A stretch of 64,000 bases of DNA, taken from assembly GCF_024700885.2 (NCBI RefSeq), contig NZ_CP117016.1; one strand, given 5' to 3'. Made by a program: the position numbers and the translations under genes. The stretch is from Escherichia coli (GTDB lineage Bacteria > Pseudomonadota > Gammaproteobacteria > Enterobacterales > Enterobacteriaceae). Shown one piece after another: positions 1-10,267 of the stretch. The notes beneath the pieces are model-generated. The model ran no database searches. It saw only the letters and a list, made by a program, of their open reading frames with translations, and was not told the DNA's origin. Positions within the stretch are counted from its first letter, which is position 1. The number at the start of each line of letters is the position of its first letter.

Positions 1-1258
1 ATCGGACGGTGCGGAAGTTGCCGTCAGCAAGACCACCGGCATTAGCGTAAGCACGCGTTATGGTGAAGTGGAGAATGTTGAATTCAATAGCGATGGCGCG
101 TTGGGGATCACTGTTTATCACCAGAACCGCAAAGGTAGCGCATCGTCTACCGATTTAAGCCCGCAGGCCATTGCCCGCACCGTACAGGCGGCACTGGATA
201 TTGCCCGTTATACCTCGCCAGATCCCTGTGCCGGCGTGGCAGACAAAGAGCTGCTGGCCTTTGACGCACCGGATCTCGACTTGTTCCACCCTGCGGAAGT
301 TTCCCCGGATGAAGCCATTGAACTGGCGGCCCGCGCAGAACAGGCGGCATTGCAGGCGGACAAACGCATCACCAATACCGAAGGCGGCAGCTTTAACAGC
401 CACTACGGTGTCAAAGTTTTCGGCAACAGCCACGGCATGTTGCAGGGTTACTGCTCTACGCGTCATTCGCTCTCCAGCTGTGTAATTGCTGAAGAAAATG
501 GCGATATGGAGCGTGATTACGCCTACACCATTGGTCGTGCGATGAGCGATCTGCAAACGCCAGAGTGGGTTGGGGCCGACTGTGCTCGCCGTACTTTATC
601 GCGCCTGTCACCGCGTAAACTCTCCACCATGAAAGCGCCGGTCATTTTTGCCAATGAAGTGGCAACCGGGCTTTTTGGGCATCTGGTGGGGGCGATAGCG
701 GGTGGATCGGTTTACCGTAAATCTACCTTCCTGCTGGATTCGCTGGGTAAACAAATTCTGCCGGACTGGCTGACCATTGAAGAGCATCCGCATCTGCTGA
801 AAGGGCTGGCCTCTACGCCATTCGACAGCGAAGGTGTGCGCACCGAGCGTCGCGATATTATTAAAGATGGCATTCTGACTCAGTGGCTGCTGACCAGCTA
901 CTCGGCGCGGAAACTGGGGCTGAAAAGCACTGGACACGCAGGCGGTATTCACAACTGGCGGATTGCCGGACAAGGGCTAAGCTTCGAACAAATGCTCAAA
1001 GAGATGGGTACCGGGCTGGTGGTGACGGAGCTGATGGGCCAGGGCGTGAGTGCCATTACCGGTGATTATTCCCGTGGTGCAGCGGGCTTCTGGGTAGAGA
1101 ATGGCGAAATTCAGTATCCTGTTAGTGAAATCACCATCGCAGGTAATTTGAAAGATATGTGGCGCAATATTGTCACCGTCGGTAACGATATTGAAACACG
1201 CAGTAATATACAGTGTGGTTCTGTGCTGTTGCCGGAGATGAAAATCGCCGGGCAGTAA
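1..1258 (+). CDS. pmbA: Metalloprotease PmbA/TldE, C-terminal part (5' end lies outside the window; reading frame begins at position 2)
   Basis: ORF 68..1258 is open to the window edge; translation recognised as PmbA; followed by cybC as in E. coli. Confidence 0.85.
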
Positions 1259-1438
1259 AAAAACTGGCGCGACCTGCCGCGCTATAAACTAAAAAATTAC
1301 ACAAAATCATTCGCACTGCATCGAGACGGAAAGTGAATGAGGGCCGGGGAGCGTACTCGCAGTACGTGACTCGGGCGAATGAGCGTAGCCGTCGATGAGG
1401 CAGTGTGAAGGATGAAGTGTAAATAAAAAAGGAAGTGA

Positions 1439-1828
<390 letters not shown>

Positions 1829-1837
1829 TTCCTTATT

Positions 1838-1872
1838 GGGCGGTGAAACGTTACCGCCCAACGCTTTCTTCT
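1838..1872 (+). terminator. Probable intrinsic terminator after cybC
   Basis: Hairpin GGGCGGT-gaaacgtt-ACCGCCC followed by a T-rich tract. Confidence 0.45.
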
Positions 1873-1959
1873 CCCTTCGTAAAATCACCGCAATATCTAT
1901 CTTCACCACGGCATATTCCTGCGTGTCGTCCTCATTTTTGCGAGGCGTTTTCCAGAAAT

Positions 1960-1996
1960 GAATGTAATGCATATGTAATGCTATAATGCATTACAC
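1960..1996 (+). promoter_or_regulatory. Candidate promoter/operator of the toxin-antitoxin pair
   Basis: Direct repeats TGTAATGC (x2) and inverted copy GCATTACA; palindrome TAATGCATTA overlaps a TATAAT -10 hexamer about 30 bp upstream of the antitoxin ATG. Confidence 0.4.
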
Positions 1997-2019
1997 TTTT
2001 CATAATTACCGGAGGCATA

Positions 2020-2262
2020 ATGGCCACACTTAACGTCCGCCTGGATGACAAACTGAAAAATGAGGCTTATGCGGTGCTGGAAAAATTAAATATCACGCCT
2101 ACTGAAGCAGTGCGACTGCTGTTTCAGTACGTTGCGGAAAATGGACGAATGCCGGTAAAAACGCTCACTGTCAGTGATAGTGAAGAAGCCTTGTTACGCA
2201 CTGTCAGGGAACGACTGGCCAACCCACAAGAGGCCATTAAGGTCCGACTGGATGAACTATGA
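2020..2262 (+). CDS. Type II antitoxin, RelB/DinJ-like
   Basis: 80-aa acidic protein; N-terminal MATLNVRLDDKLK is a ribbon-helix-helix-like motif; stop overlaps the next ORF by 11 bp. Confidence 0.7.
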   Translation: MATLNVRLDDKLKNEAYAVLEKLNITPTEAVRLLFQYVAENGRMPVKTLTVSDSEEALLRTVRERLANPQEAIKVRLDEL

Positions 2263-2542
2263 GCTGGCGTTTGATCCGCGGGCGCTGAAAGAGTGGCAAA
2301 AACTGGGCGTGACAGTCCGGGAACAATTTAAAAAAAAGCTTGAGGATGTGCTGAAAAGGCCGCGCAATCCATCGGCTAAACTGCGGGATTTACCGGACTG
2401 CTACAAAATTAAGCTGCGCACACAGGGATATCGCCTGGTTTATCAGGTTAACGATAAAGAGTTGCTCGTGTTGGTGATAGCTATTGGTAAGAGAGAGAAC
2501 TCAGCCGTTTATGAAGACGCGACTAAACGGCTGGATGAGTGA
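2252..2542 (+). CDS. Type II toxin, RelE/ParE superfamily
   Basis: 96-aa basic protein from internal ATG 2252 (MNYELAFDPRALKEWQKL...); RelE/StbE-like C-terminal region (YRLVYQVNDKELLVLVIAIGKRE); classic antitoxin-toxin overlap. Confidence 0.7.
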   Translation: MNYELAFDPRALKEWQKLGVTVREQFKKKLEDVLKRPRNPSAKLRDLPDCYKIKLRTQGYRLVYQVNDKELLVLVIAIGKRENSAVYEDATKRLDE

Positions 2543-3007
2543 CTAACGCAAATGATGCACCACCTGATTGCTGCTGCCGCGCCAGATCAGGGAAGGGTCT
2601 TTTAAATCCTGCACAAATTTGCCGTCGACCAGTACGTTAATCAAATCAACAACCTGCATTTGCGCAGCGTTGAGTTCGTCGAGTTTATAGCCTGTCCACA
2701 CCCAAATGTCTTTACCCGGACATTCGGCGCGGATTCGTTGTACCAGTTTCAGAATATCCGGCACGTTTTGCGGATGCAGCGGATCGCCGCCGGAGAGGGA
2801 AATACCCTGGCGTTTGATGCGAGTGTCATTCAGATCGTTAATGATCTGGTCTTCCATTGCTTTGGTAAATGGCTGACCGGAATTTACCCGCCAGGTGCTT
2901 TTGTTATAGCAACCGGGGCATTCATGAACACACCCGGAGACAAACAGGGTGCAGCGAGTGCCGGGGCCGTTGACGATGTCGACAGGATAGTACTGATGAT
3001 AATTCAT
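2543..3007 (-). CDS. nrdG: Anaerobic ribonucleotide reductase activating protein (radical SAM)
   Basis: 154-aa product with CxxxCxxC cluster (CVHECPGC); adjacent to nrdD. Confidence 0.92.
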   Translation of the reverse strand: MNYHQYYPVDIVNGPGTRCTLFVSGCVHECPGCYNKSTWRVNSGQPFTKAMEDQIINDLNDTRIKRQGISLSGGDPLHPQNVPDILKLVQRIRAECPGKDIWVWTGYKLDELNAAQMQVVDLINVLVDGKFVQDLKDPSLIWRGSSNQVVHHLR

Positions 3008-3009
3008 TA

Positions 3010-3160
<151 letters not shown>

Positions 3161-3164
3161 AAGA

Positions 3165-5303
3165 TTAACCTATCTGCCCATTTCCCAAATGTTTAACGCG
3201 GCGCTTAACTTCTTCCTGCTTACCAGCGTTAAACGGACGTGCATCCGGGCTACCTAAATATCCGCACACGCGGCGAGTCACCGATACACGGGAGGTGTCA
3301 TGGTTACCACATTTCGGACAAGTGAAGCCTTTACTAGTGCACTCGAACTCACCGGTAAAGCCACACTCGTAGCACTCATCGATCGGCGTATTGGTGCCGT
3401 AATACGGTACATGCTGATAGCTGTAATCCCAGACATCTTCCAGCGCCTTCAGGTTGTGCTGAATGTTTGGATACTCGCCGTAGCAAATGAAACCACCGTT
3501 CGCCAGCGGCGGGTAAGGCGCTTCAAAGTCGATCTTGTCGTATGGGTTCACCTTCTTCTCCACATCGAGGTGGAAACTGTTGGTGTAGTAACCTTTATCG
3601 GTCACGCCCGGCACCACGCCAAACTCAGCGGTATCGAGACGGCAGAAGCGGTCGCACAGGTTTTCACTTGGCGTGCTGTAGAGACTGAAACCGTAACCCG
3701 TTTCTTCTTTCCACTGATCCACTGCCTGACGCAGACGTTCAACAATTGCGATACCTTTCGCGCGAAGCTGCTCGTTGTCGTAAACATGCTCGCCGCCGAA
3801 CAGCGCGTTAATGGTTTCGTGGATGCCGATGTAACCCAGCGAAATAGACGCACGACCGTTTTTGAAGATTTCAGAAACATCATCGTCAGCATTGAGACGC
3901 ACGCCACAAGCACCTTCCATATAGAGGATCGGGGCCACGCGCGCTTTCACGCCTTCGAGACGAGCGATACGGGTCATCAGCGCTTTACGTGCCAGCACCA
4001 GACGTTCATCCAGCAGCTTCCAGAAGGTGGCTTCATCGCCTTTTGCTTCCAGAGCAATACGCGGCAGGTTCAGGCTGATCACGCCGAGGTTGTTACGACC
4101 ATCGTGGATCTGCTCGCCGTTTTCATTTTCCCACACGCCGAGGAAGCTGCGGCAGCCCATCGGGGTTTTAAACGAACCGGTGACTTTCACTACCTGATCG
4201 TAGTTCAGGATATCCGGATACATGCGCTTGCTTGCGCACTCCAGCGCCAGCTGTTTGATGTCGTAGTTCGGATCGCCTTTTTTATGGTTCAGACCATCGC
4301 GAATTGCAAACACCAGTTTCGGGAACACCGCAGTTTTACGGTTTTTACCGAGGCCTGCGATACGATTACGCAGGATAGATTCCTGAATCAGGCGCGATTC
4401 CCAGCTGGTGCCCAGACCAAAACCAAAGGTTACAAACGGTGTTTGACCGTTGGCGGTGTGCAGGGTGTTTACTTCGTACTCCAGCGACTGGAAGGCATCG
4501 TAGCACTCTTTGATGGTACGAGAGTTAGCGTAGCCTTCGGCGTCCGGGATGTTCCACTCTTCTGCGGTCTTGCGATGTTTGTTGTAGCTGGCGGTGACAA
4601 ACGGTGCCAGCACTTCATCGATACGGTTAATGGTGGTGCCGCCATAAATATGGCTGGCGACCTGGGCAATAATCTGCGCAGTTACCGCGGTTGCCGTAGA
4701 GATCGACTTCGGCGGTTCAATCTCGGCGTTCCCCATTTTAAAGCCCTGGGTCAGCATGCCTTTCAGGTCGATCAACATGCAGTTGAACATCGGGAAGAAC
4801 GGTGAGTAATCGAGATCGTGATAGTGAATATCACCACGTTCATGTGCCTGCACCACGTCACGCGGCAGCAGGTGCTGGCGTGCATAGTGTTTAGCCACGA
4901 TCCCGGCCAGCAGATCGCGCTGGGTTGGAATCACCTTGCTGTCTTTGTTGGCGTTTTCGTTGAGCAACGAGGAGTTGGTCTGCTCGACCAGACCACGGAT
5001 CTCCTGGTTCAGGCGGCCGCGTTTTTCACGTTCAATGTCGCGATCGTGACGGTACTCGATGTAAGCACGAGCCAGTTGTTTGTATGGACCCGACATCAGC
5101 TGGTTTTCAACTGCGGTCTGGATCTCATTGATATCCACCTGGTTGCGGCCCTGCATCTGCTCGCTGACAACCGCAGCAACAGTGGCGCAATAATCGGCAT
5201 CATCGACTTCCGCTGCTTTAGCTGCACGCAGAATCGCTTCTTTGATGCGCTCTGATTTAAACGGCACTTTGCAGCCGTCTCGTTTCATCACATGCGGTGT
5301 CAT
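3165..5303 (-). CDS. nrdD: Anaerobic ribonucleoside-triphosphate reductase (class III)
   Basis: 712-aa product; C-terminal glycyl-radical region (RVCGYLGSP) and Zn-ribbon cysteines. Confidence 0.95.
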   Translation of the reverse strand: MTPHVMKRDGCKVPFKSERIKEAILRAAKAAEVDDADYCATVAAVVSEQMQGRNQVDINEIQTAVENQLMSGPYKQLARAYIEYRHDRDIEREKRGRLNQEIRGLVEQTNSSLLNENANKDSKVIPTQRDLLAGIVAKHYARQHLLPRDVVQAHERGDIHYHDLDYSPFFPMFNCMLIDLKGMLTQGFKMGNAEIEPPKSISTATAVTAQIIAQVASHIYGGTTINRIDEVLAPFVTASYNKHRKTAEEWNIPDAEGYANSRTIKECYDAFQSLEYEVNTLHTANGQTPFVTFGFGLGTSWESRLIQESILRNRIAGLGKNRKTAVFPKLVFAIRDGLNHKKGDPNYDIKQLALECASKRMYPDILNYDQVVKVTGSFKTPMGCRSFLGVWENENGEQIHDGRNNLGVISLNLPRIALEAKGDEATFWKLLDERLVLARKALMTRIARLEGVKARVAPILYMEGACGVRLNADDDVSEIFKNGRASISLGYIGIHETINALFGGEHVYDNEQLRAKGIAIVERLRQAVDQWKEETGYGFSLYSTPSENLCDRFCRLDTAEFGVVPGVTDKGYYTNSFHLDVEKKVNPYDKIDFEAPYPPLANGGFICYGEYPNIQHNLKALEDVWDYSYQHVPYYGTNTPIDECYECGFTGEFECTSKGFTCPKCGNHDTSRVSVTRRVCGYLGSPDARPFNAGKQEEVKRRVKHLGNGQIG

Positions 5304-5538
5304 GATCGCTCCATATTTTTAAGAACAGGTTATCCACAGAAATTGGGAAAGGCGTTTTCCGGTTTTTTCGTTTCGTTTTCCGGTGCTTTCCGCAATCGCC
5401 ATCCGCTTATCCACAACGCCGCACCTTTTTCGTGGGGAGCTGTAGTAGCAATTATAGTCGATTAATACAACATATTGGGTTGGGACGCATTTTAAAGTCT
5501 ATATATAGTGCTTTGCATCAAGGATGTTTGAACTTTTT

Positions 5539-5552
5539 TTGATGTAGCTCAA
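5539..5552 (-). promoter_or_regulatory. Possible FNR-type site in the nrdDG promoter region
   Basis: TTGATGTAGCTCAA resembles TTGAT-N4-ATCAA; lies upstream of nrdD on the minus strand. Confidence 0.3.
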
Positions 5553-5696
5553 AGTAAAAAGCAGAGCGTACGGATGACGGGCGCTACAGCGATATGTAAA
5601 TTTTTTAATGAATTTGCTGGTTGAAAAATCAACAAAAACAACATGCTGACAGACAAAACCCCGGAATGACCGGCATTACCGGGGTTTAGCGAAGAT

Positions 5697-7352
5697 TTAC
5701 TTTTGTAACCACCAGACAGCCTCAAAAGGCCGTAAAGTCATGGCGCAGGGTTGTGGTGAGGCTTCTTCGTAGTTATGCATCACAAGCTGCCAGTTGCCGC
5801 GCATTTGCCCTAGTTGCCAGGGTTGGATCTCACGGCTAAGGTTGGCAATGACCAACAAGGTTTGCCCCTTCCATTCACGGCGATAGCACCACAATACAGG
5901 GCTGTTTGGCAGCAGATCCTGGTAATCGCCCCATGTCAGAACGGCTTCTTGCTTACGCAGTGCGATTAACTTTTGGTAGGTGTAAAACACCGAGGACTCA
6001 TCGGTCAGCGCGGCTTCTACGTTGATTTGTTGATAGTTATCGCCTAGGCCAATCCACGGTTCGCCAGCCGTAAACCCGGCATTATCGCCGTTGGTCCATT
6101 GCATGGGTGTGCGACTGTTGTCACGGGATTTACTGGCGAGGATTGCCAATAACTCGTCGGCATCACGACCATCGTTGCGCAGCTCGGCAAACATATTGAG
6201 GCTCTCCACGTCGCGATAGTCAGTAATGCGCGTGAAATGCGGGTTGGTCATGCCAATCTCTTCGCCCTGGTAGATATACGGCGTTCCCTGCATGCCATGC
6301 AGCACCATCGCCAGCATTTTTGCCGCAGGCACGCGGTATTCACCTTCATCACCAAAGCGAGAAACAATGCGCGGCTGATCGTGGTTACACCAGAACAAGG
6401 CATTCCATGCCACGTTGTGCATTCCTTGTTGCCAGTGGCGGAACAATGTTTTCAACGCTACAAAGTCAGGTTTAGCCAGCGTCCATTTTTCACCACCGGG
6501 ATAATCGACTTTCAGGTGATGAAAATTAAAGGTCATCGACAATTCACTGCCTGTCAGTGCCGCGTATCGCTGGCAATGCTCAAGGCTGGTGGAGGACATT
6601 TCACCTACGGTCATTAACCCGCGTGGCGTAAACACATCGCGGTTCATCTCGTGCAAAAACTCGTGTGCTCGTGGCCCGTCGGTGTAGAAGCGACGCCCGT
6701 CGCCATCCAGGTCATCAGGGAAACGCGGGTCTTTGGAGATCAGATTCACCACATCCAGGCGCAACCCGTCGACCCCACGATCGGCCCAGAACTCACAGAC
6801 TTTTTTCAGCTCTGCGCGTACCGCTGGATTCTCCCAGTTGAGATCCGCCTGTTCTGGTGCAAAGAGATGCAAATAGTACTGTTCGCTTTCCGCATGCCAG
6901 CGCCACGCACTACCGCCAAATTTTGAACGCCAGTTGTTCGGTGGCGTTTCTGGTTCTCCATCGCGCCAGATATAAAACTGGCGGTAAGGGCTTGCTTTGT
7001 TCAGCGCCTCGCGAAACCAGGCATGTTGGGTAGAGGTATGGTTAAACACCATATCGAGAATGATACGAATCCCGCGCGATTTTGCCTGTGTCACCAGTTC
7101 GTCAAAATCGTCCAGCGTGCCGTAGGTGGGATCAATCGCTGTATAGTTCGCTACGTCGTAACCGTTATCGACCTGGGGAGAGACATAAAAGGGGGTTAGC
7201 CAGATGGCATCAACGCCCAGTTTATGCAGATAGTCCAGGCGCTGGATAACGCCACGTAAATCGCCGGTGCCGCTACCCGTGGTGTCCTGAAAACTCTTTG
7301 GATAAATCTGGTAGATAACGCCGTTTTGCCACCAGTGGGGAAGATTAGTCAT
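5697..7352 (-). CDS. treC: Trehalose-6-phosphate hydrolase
   Basis: GH13 alpha-glucosidase sequence; start placed at MTNLPHWWQNGVIYQIY (internal Met of the longer ORF 5697..7499). Confidence 0.92.
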   Translation of the reverse strand: MTNLPHWWQNGVIYQIYPKSFQDTTGSGTGDLRGVIQRLDYLHKLGVDAIWLTPFYVSPQVDNGYDVANYTAIDPTYGTLDDFDELVTQAKSRGIRIILDMVFNHTSTQHAWFREALNKASPYRQFYIWRDGEPETPPNNWRSKFGGSAWRWHAESEQYYLHLFAPEQADLNWENPAVRAELKKVCEFWADRGVDGLRLDVVNLISKDPRFPDDLDGDGRRFYTDGPRAHEFLHEMNRDVFTPRGLMTVGEMSSTSLEHCQRYAALTGSELSMTFNFHHLKVDYPGGEKWTLAKPDFVALKTLFRHWQQGMHNVAWNALFWCNHDQPRIVSRFGDEGEYRVPAAKMLAMVLHGMQGTPYIYQGEEIGMTNPHFTRITDYRDVESLNMFAELRNDGRDADELLAILASKSRDNSRTPMQWTNGDNAGFTAGEPWIGLGDNYQQINVEAALTDESSVFYTYQKLIALRKQEAVLTWGDYQDLLPNSPVLWCYRREWKGQTLLVIANLSREIQPWQLGQMRGNWQLVMHNYEEASPQPCAMTLRPFEAVWWLQK

Positions 7353-7401
7353 TACGTTATTCCTGCAAATGCGAGGGGGCGCAATTGCGCCCCGAAGAAA
7401 A

Positions 7402-8823
7402 TTAAACAATGTCCAGCGTGCCCAGGCGGTATTTCCGCTGATAGATAAACGAGGTGAGTACAATCGGGATGATGATGGCGATAGCCATTGCCAGCGCAAA
7501 CACCTGCCAGTAGCTCGGTTGAATCGAGAGAATTCCCGGCAGGCCGCCTACGCCAATGCCATTCGCCATAACGCCGTTCAGGCCGCATAGCAATCCTGCC
7601 AGACCAGAACCAATCATCGCGCACAGCATCGGGAAGCGATATTTCAGGTTGATGCCGTACATAGCAGGCTCAGTGACTCCAAGCCAGGCGGAGATAGCGG
7701 CAGGCACGGAGATCTCGCGTTCATTGTGCTTGCGGCTGGAAATGATAATGCCTATCACGGCGGAACCCTGAGCGATATTCGACAGCGCAATCAGCGGCCA
7801 CACTGGCGTACCACCCATGCTTTGAATCATCTGCAAATCAATAGCAAGCGTGGTCTGATGTACGCCGGTGATCACCAGCGGGGCGTACAGGAAGCCAAAC
7901 AATGCCGCGCCAATCGGAGCAAAGCTGCCGGTCATCAGGTGACGTACCGCAAAGGCAACGCCATCGCCAATCATGCGACCAAACGGACCAATCAGCGCAT
8001 GGGCGAGGAACACCGCGAGGATCAGCGAACAAACGGGCACCACCACCAGATAGAGGTAATCCGGCACGATGCGCTTAAGACGAGTTTCAATAACGCCCAG
8101 CGCCAGCCCGGCTAACAGTGCCGGGATCACCTGCGCCTGATAGCCCACTTTGGCGATGCTGAACATGCCAAAGTCCCACACTTCCGGCAGCTGCTGCCCG
8201 AGCAGATAAGCGTTCATCAGCTGTGGAGAAACCAGCGTTACGCCAAGCACGATACCAAGGATCGGCGTGCCGCCCATTTTTTTCACCGCTGACCAGCAAA
8301 TCCCGACCGGCAGGTAGAAGAAGATCGCTTCACCGATCAACCACAGAAAATCGTAGATCGTTTGCAGGGAAGGGTACATTTGCGCCAGCGTTTGACCGTT
8401 GCTCATGGGCAAATCGCCGATCACATTGCGAAAACCGAGGATCAAACCGCCGCTAATCAACGCGGGCAGCAACGGGAAGAAAATCTCCGCGAAATGAGAG
8501 ATCAACTGCTCATGCCATTTCATATTCTGCCGGGCGGCTTTTTTTACCTGCTCTTTATCAACCTGCGCCTGTCCGGTTGACGCTATCAGTGCTTGATAGT
8601 AATCACCCACGTTGGTGCCAATCACCACCTGAAATTGCCCGGCATTGGTGAAACAGCCTTTCACCATGGGGAGTTGCTCAATTTCTTTCGGTCTGGCATT
8701 GGCCGGTTGGTTGAGGACAAAGCGCAGACGAGTAATACAGTGGCTCACCGTCGCAATATTGCCGCGCCCGCCGACCAGTTCAATCAACCGATCGATATCC
8801 GTTTGGTTTATTTTGCTCATCAT
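7402..8823 (-). CDS. treB: PTS trehalose-specific EIIBC component
   Basis: 473-aa product; N-terminal EIIB cysteine motif (SHCITRLRF) followed by membrane EIIC domain. Confidence 0.92.
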   Translation of the reverse strand: MMSKINQTDIDRLIELVGGRGNIATVSHCITRLRFVLNQPANARPKEIEQLPMVKGCFTNAGQFQVVIGTNVGDYYQALIASTGQAQVDKEQVKKAARQNMKWHEQLISHFAEIFFPLLPALISGGLILGFRNVIGDLPMSNGQTLAQMYPSLQTIYDFLWLIGEAIFFYLPVGICWSAVKKMGGTPILGIVLGVTLVSPQLMNAYLLGQQLPEVWDFGMFSIAKVGYQAQVIPALLAGLALGVIETRLKRIVPDYLYLVVVPVCSLILAVFLAHALIGPFGRMIGDGVAFAVRHLMTGSFAPIGAALFGFLYAPLVITGVHQTTLAIDLQMIQSMGGTPVWPLIALSNIAQGSAVIGIIISSRKHNEREISVPAAISAWLGVTEPAMYGINLKYRFPMLCAMIGSGLAGLLCGLNGVMANGIGVGGLPGILSIQPSYWQVFALAMAIAIIIPIVLTSFIYQRKYRLGTLDIV

Positions 8824-8941
8824 AAAGCCCCATGGCAGATGACATTTTTGGTTGGCTGCAGAATATATTGCGCTGAAAAATTTAAAAACGGGAACGTTCC
8901 CGAAACGCAGCGAAGATCACAATTTATCGTTCAGGAAACGA

Positions 8942-9889
8942 TCAGGACAGGGTGGCGGGAATGATGATTTGTTGCGGTTCGCTGCGCCCGGTTACCTGCG
9001 CGATCAACTGGCAGGCCGCCTGGCGTCCAGCTTCGGCGTAACCGGGATCTACGGTGACGATCTCCGGATGGAGGAATTTCATTAACGGCGTATTACCGAC
9101 GCTCGCCAGTTGCAAGGTGTCGATGCGTTGCTCTTGCAGGTATTTACTTGCGCCAAGTGCCAGCGTGTCGGTTGCGCACAGTAACGCGGTAGTTTCAGGC
9201 GTAATCACTTTTGCTACGTTCTCATAGCCTTGCTTCATAGCAAGCCCTGGCAGAGCGGCAACGGGATGCAATTTATGCGCTTTGCAGAACGCCAGGTAGG
9301 CTTCGTGACGTCGCTTACCGGTCGTCACGTCACTGTGCGGCACGCCGAGATAACTGATATTACGATGTCCCTGGTCATACAGCCGTTGCATCAGGATCTT
9401 GATTGCCCCTTCGTCGTCATAACAGACCGAAGCAAAGCCTTTTGCGTCACGCGCCAGCAGAACCAGCGATGACTGCCAGTGGGCTAACATTTCTTCTGTT
9501 ATGCCGGTAAAACCGAACAGCACTACGCCGTCGATATTACGCCGTTTCAGCACCCCCAAATGTTCGGCAACTAATTGCGGGGAAAACTGACTTTCCATCA
9601 TGATTGGGTCGTAACCTTGTTCATAGAACGCTGGCAGCATGGTTTGAACGGCGAGATTTTCTGACAACGAATCCAGACGGGTAACAATGATGGCGACCAC
9701 TTTATCGCTTTGACCACGCATAGCGCGCGCAGAGCGGGAAGGGGAAAATCCATGCTGATTCATCACTGCTTCAACACGCTCGCGCGTGCGCTGGCTCACG
9801 CCGCTTTCGTTATTCAGCACCCGGGAAACCGTAGATTTCCCCACGCCGCTTAAGCGCGCGATGTCTTTGATGGTCAGCCGATTTTGCAT
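8942..9889 (-). CDS. treR: Trehalose operon repressor (LacI family)
   Basis: 315-aa product with N-terminal LacI-type HTH (LTIKDIARLSGVGKSTVSRVLNN). Confidence 0.9.
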   Translation of the reverse strand: MQNRLTIKDIARLSGVGKSTVSRVLNNESGVSQRTRERVEAVMNQHGFSPSRSARAMRGQSDKVVAIIVTRLDSLSENLAVQTMLPAFYEQGYDPIMMESQFSPQLVAEHLGVLKRRNIDGVVLFGFTGITEEMLAHWQSSLVLLARDAKGFASVCYDDEGAIKILMQRLYDQGHRNISYLGVPHSDVTTGKRRHEAYLAFCKAHKLHPVAALPGLAMKQGYENVAKVITPETTALLCATDTLALGASKYLQEQRIDTLQLASVGNTPLMKFLHPEIVTVDPGYAEAGRQAACQLIAQVTGRSEPQQIIIPATLS

Positions 9890-10003
9890 CCTGTTGTCCC
9901 GTAACGTGTTGTTTAATTATTTGAGCCTAACTTTACCCGTGCATTCAGCAATGGGTAAAGTCTGGTTTATCGTTGGTTTAGTTGCCAGCAGGTATTATAT
10001 CGC

Positions 10004-10267
10004 CATAGATGCTACGAATATTATTGGATTCTCCTTATTATTTGCGGCGCTTTTTTCACTTACCGGAGGTTATATGGAACCTGATCCCACGCCTCTCCCT
10101 CGACGGAGATTAAAACTTTTCCGGTAAGCCCGTCTTTTCACGGCGTTACCGGATGCGTAAGGCCGTGACGTTTTAACGTCCCTGCTCAGCTTTATTACCT
10201 TCAGGTAAGGCTTCGCCACGCCTGAAGACATTTCTGTACTGTTTCAGACAGTGCGGAGGGACTCCTT
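10004..10267 (+). promoter_or_regulatory. mgtA 5' leader (Mg2+/proline-responsive attenuation region)
   Basis: Long untranslated leader carrying the proline-rich mgtL peptide ORF immediately upstream of mgtA; extent approximate. Confidence 0.5.
10074..10127 (+). CDS. mgtL: mgtA leader peptide
   Basis: 17-codon ORF encoding [17 protein letters not shown] inside the mgtA leader. Confidence 0.75.

Noticed and set aside
3300-4805. 501-aa plus-strand ORF
   Set aside because: Lies entirely antisense within nrdD, whose identity is unambiguous; no SD, and the composition mirrors the nrdD codon bias. Treated as a spurious antisense ORF.
7352-7499. N-terminal extension of the treC ORF (49 extra codons)
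   Set aside because: The extension overlaps the treB 3' end and has no SD; MTNLPHWWQ at 7352 matches the expected TreC N-terminus.
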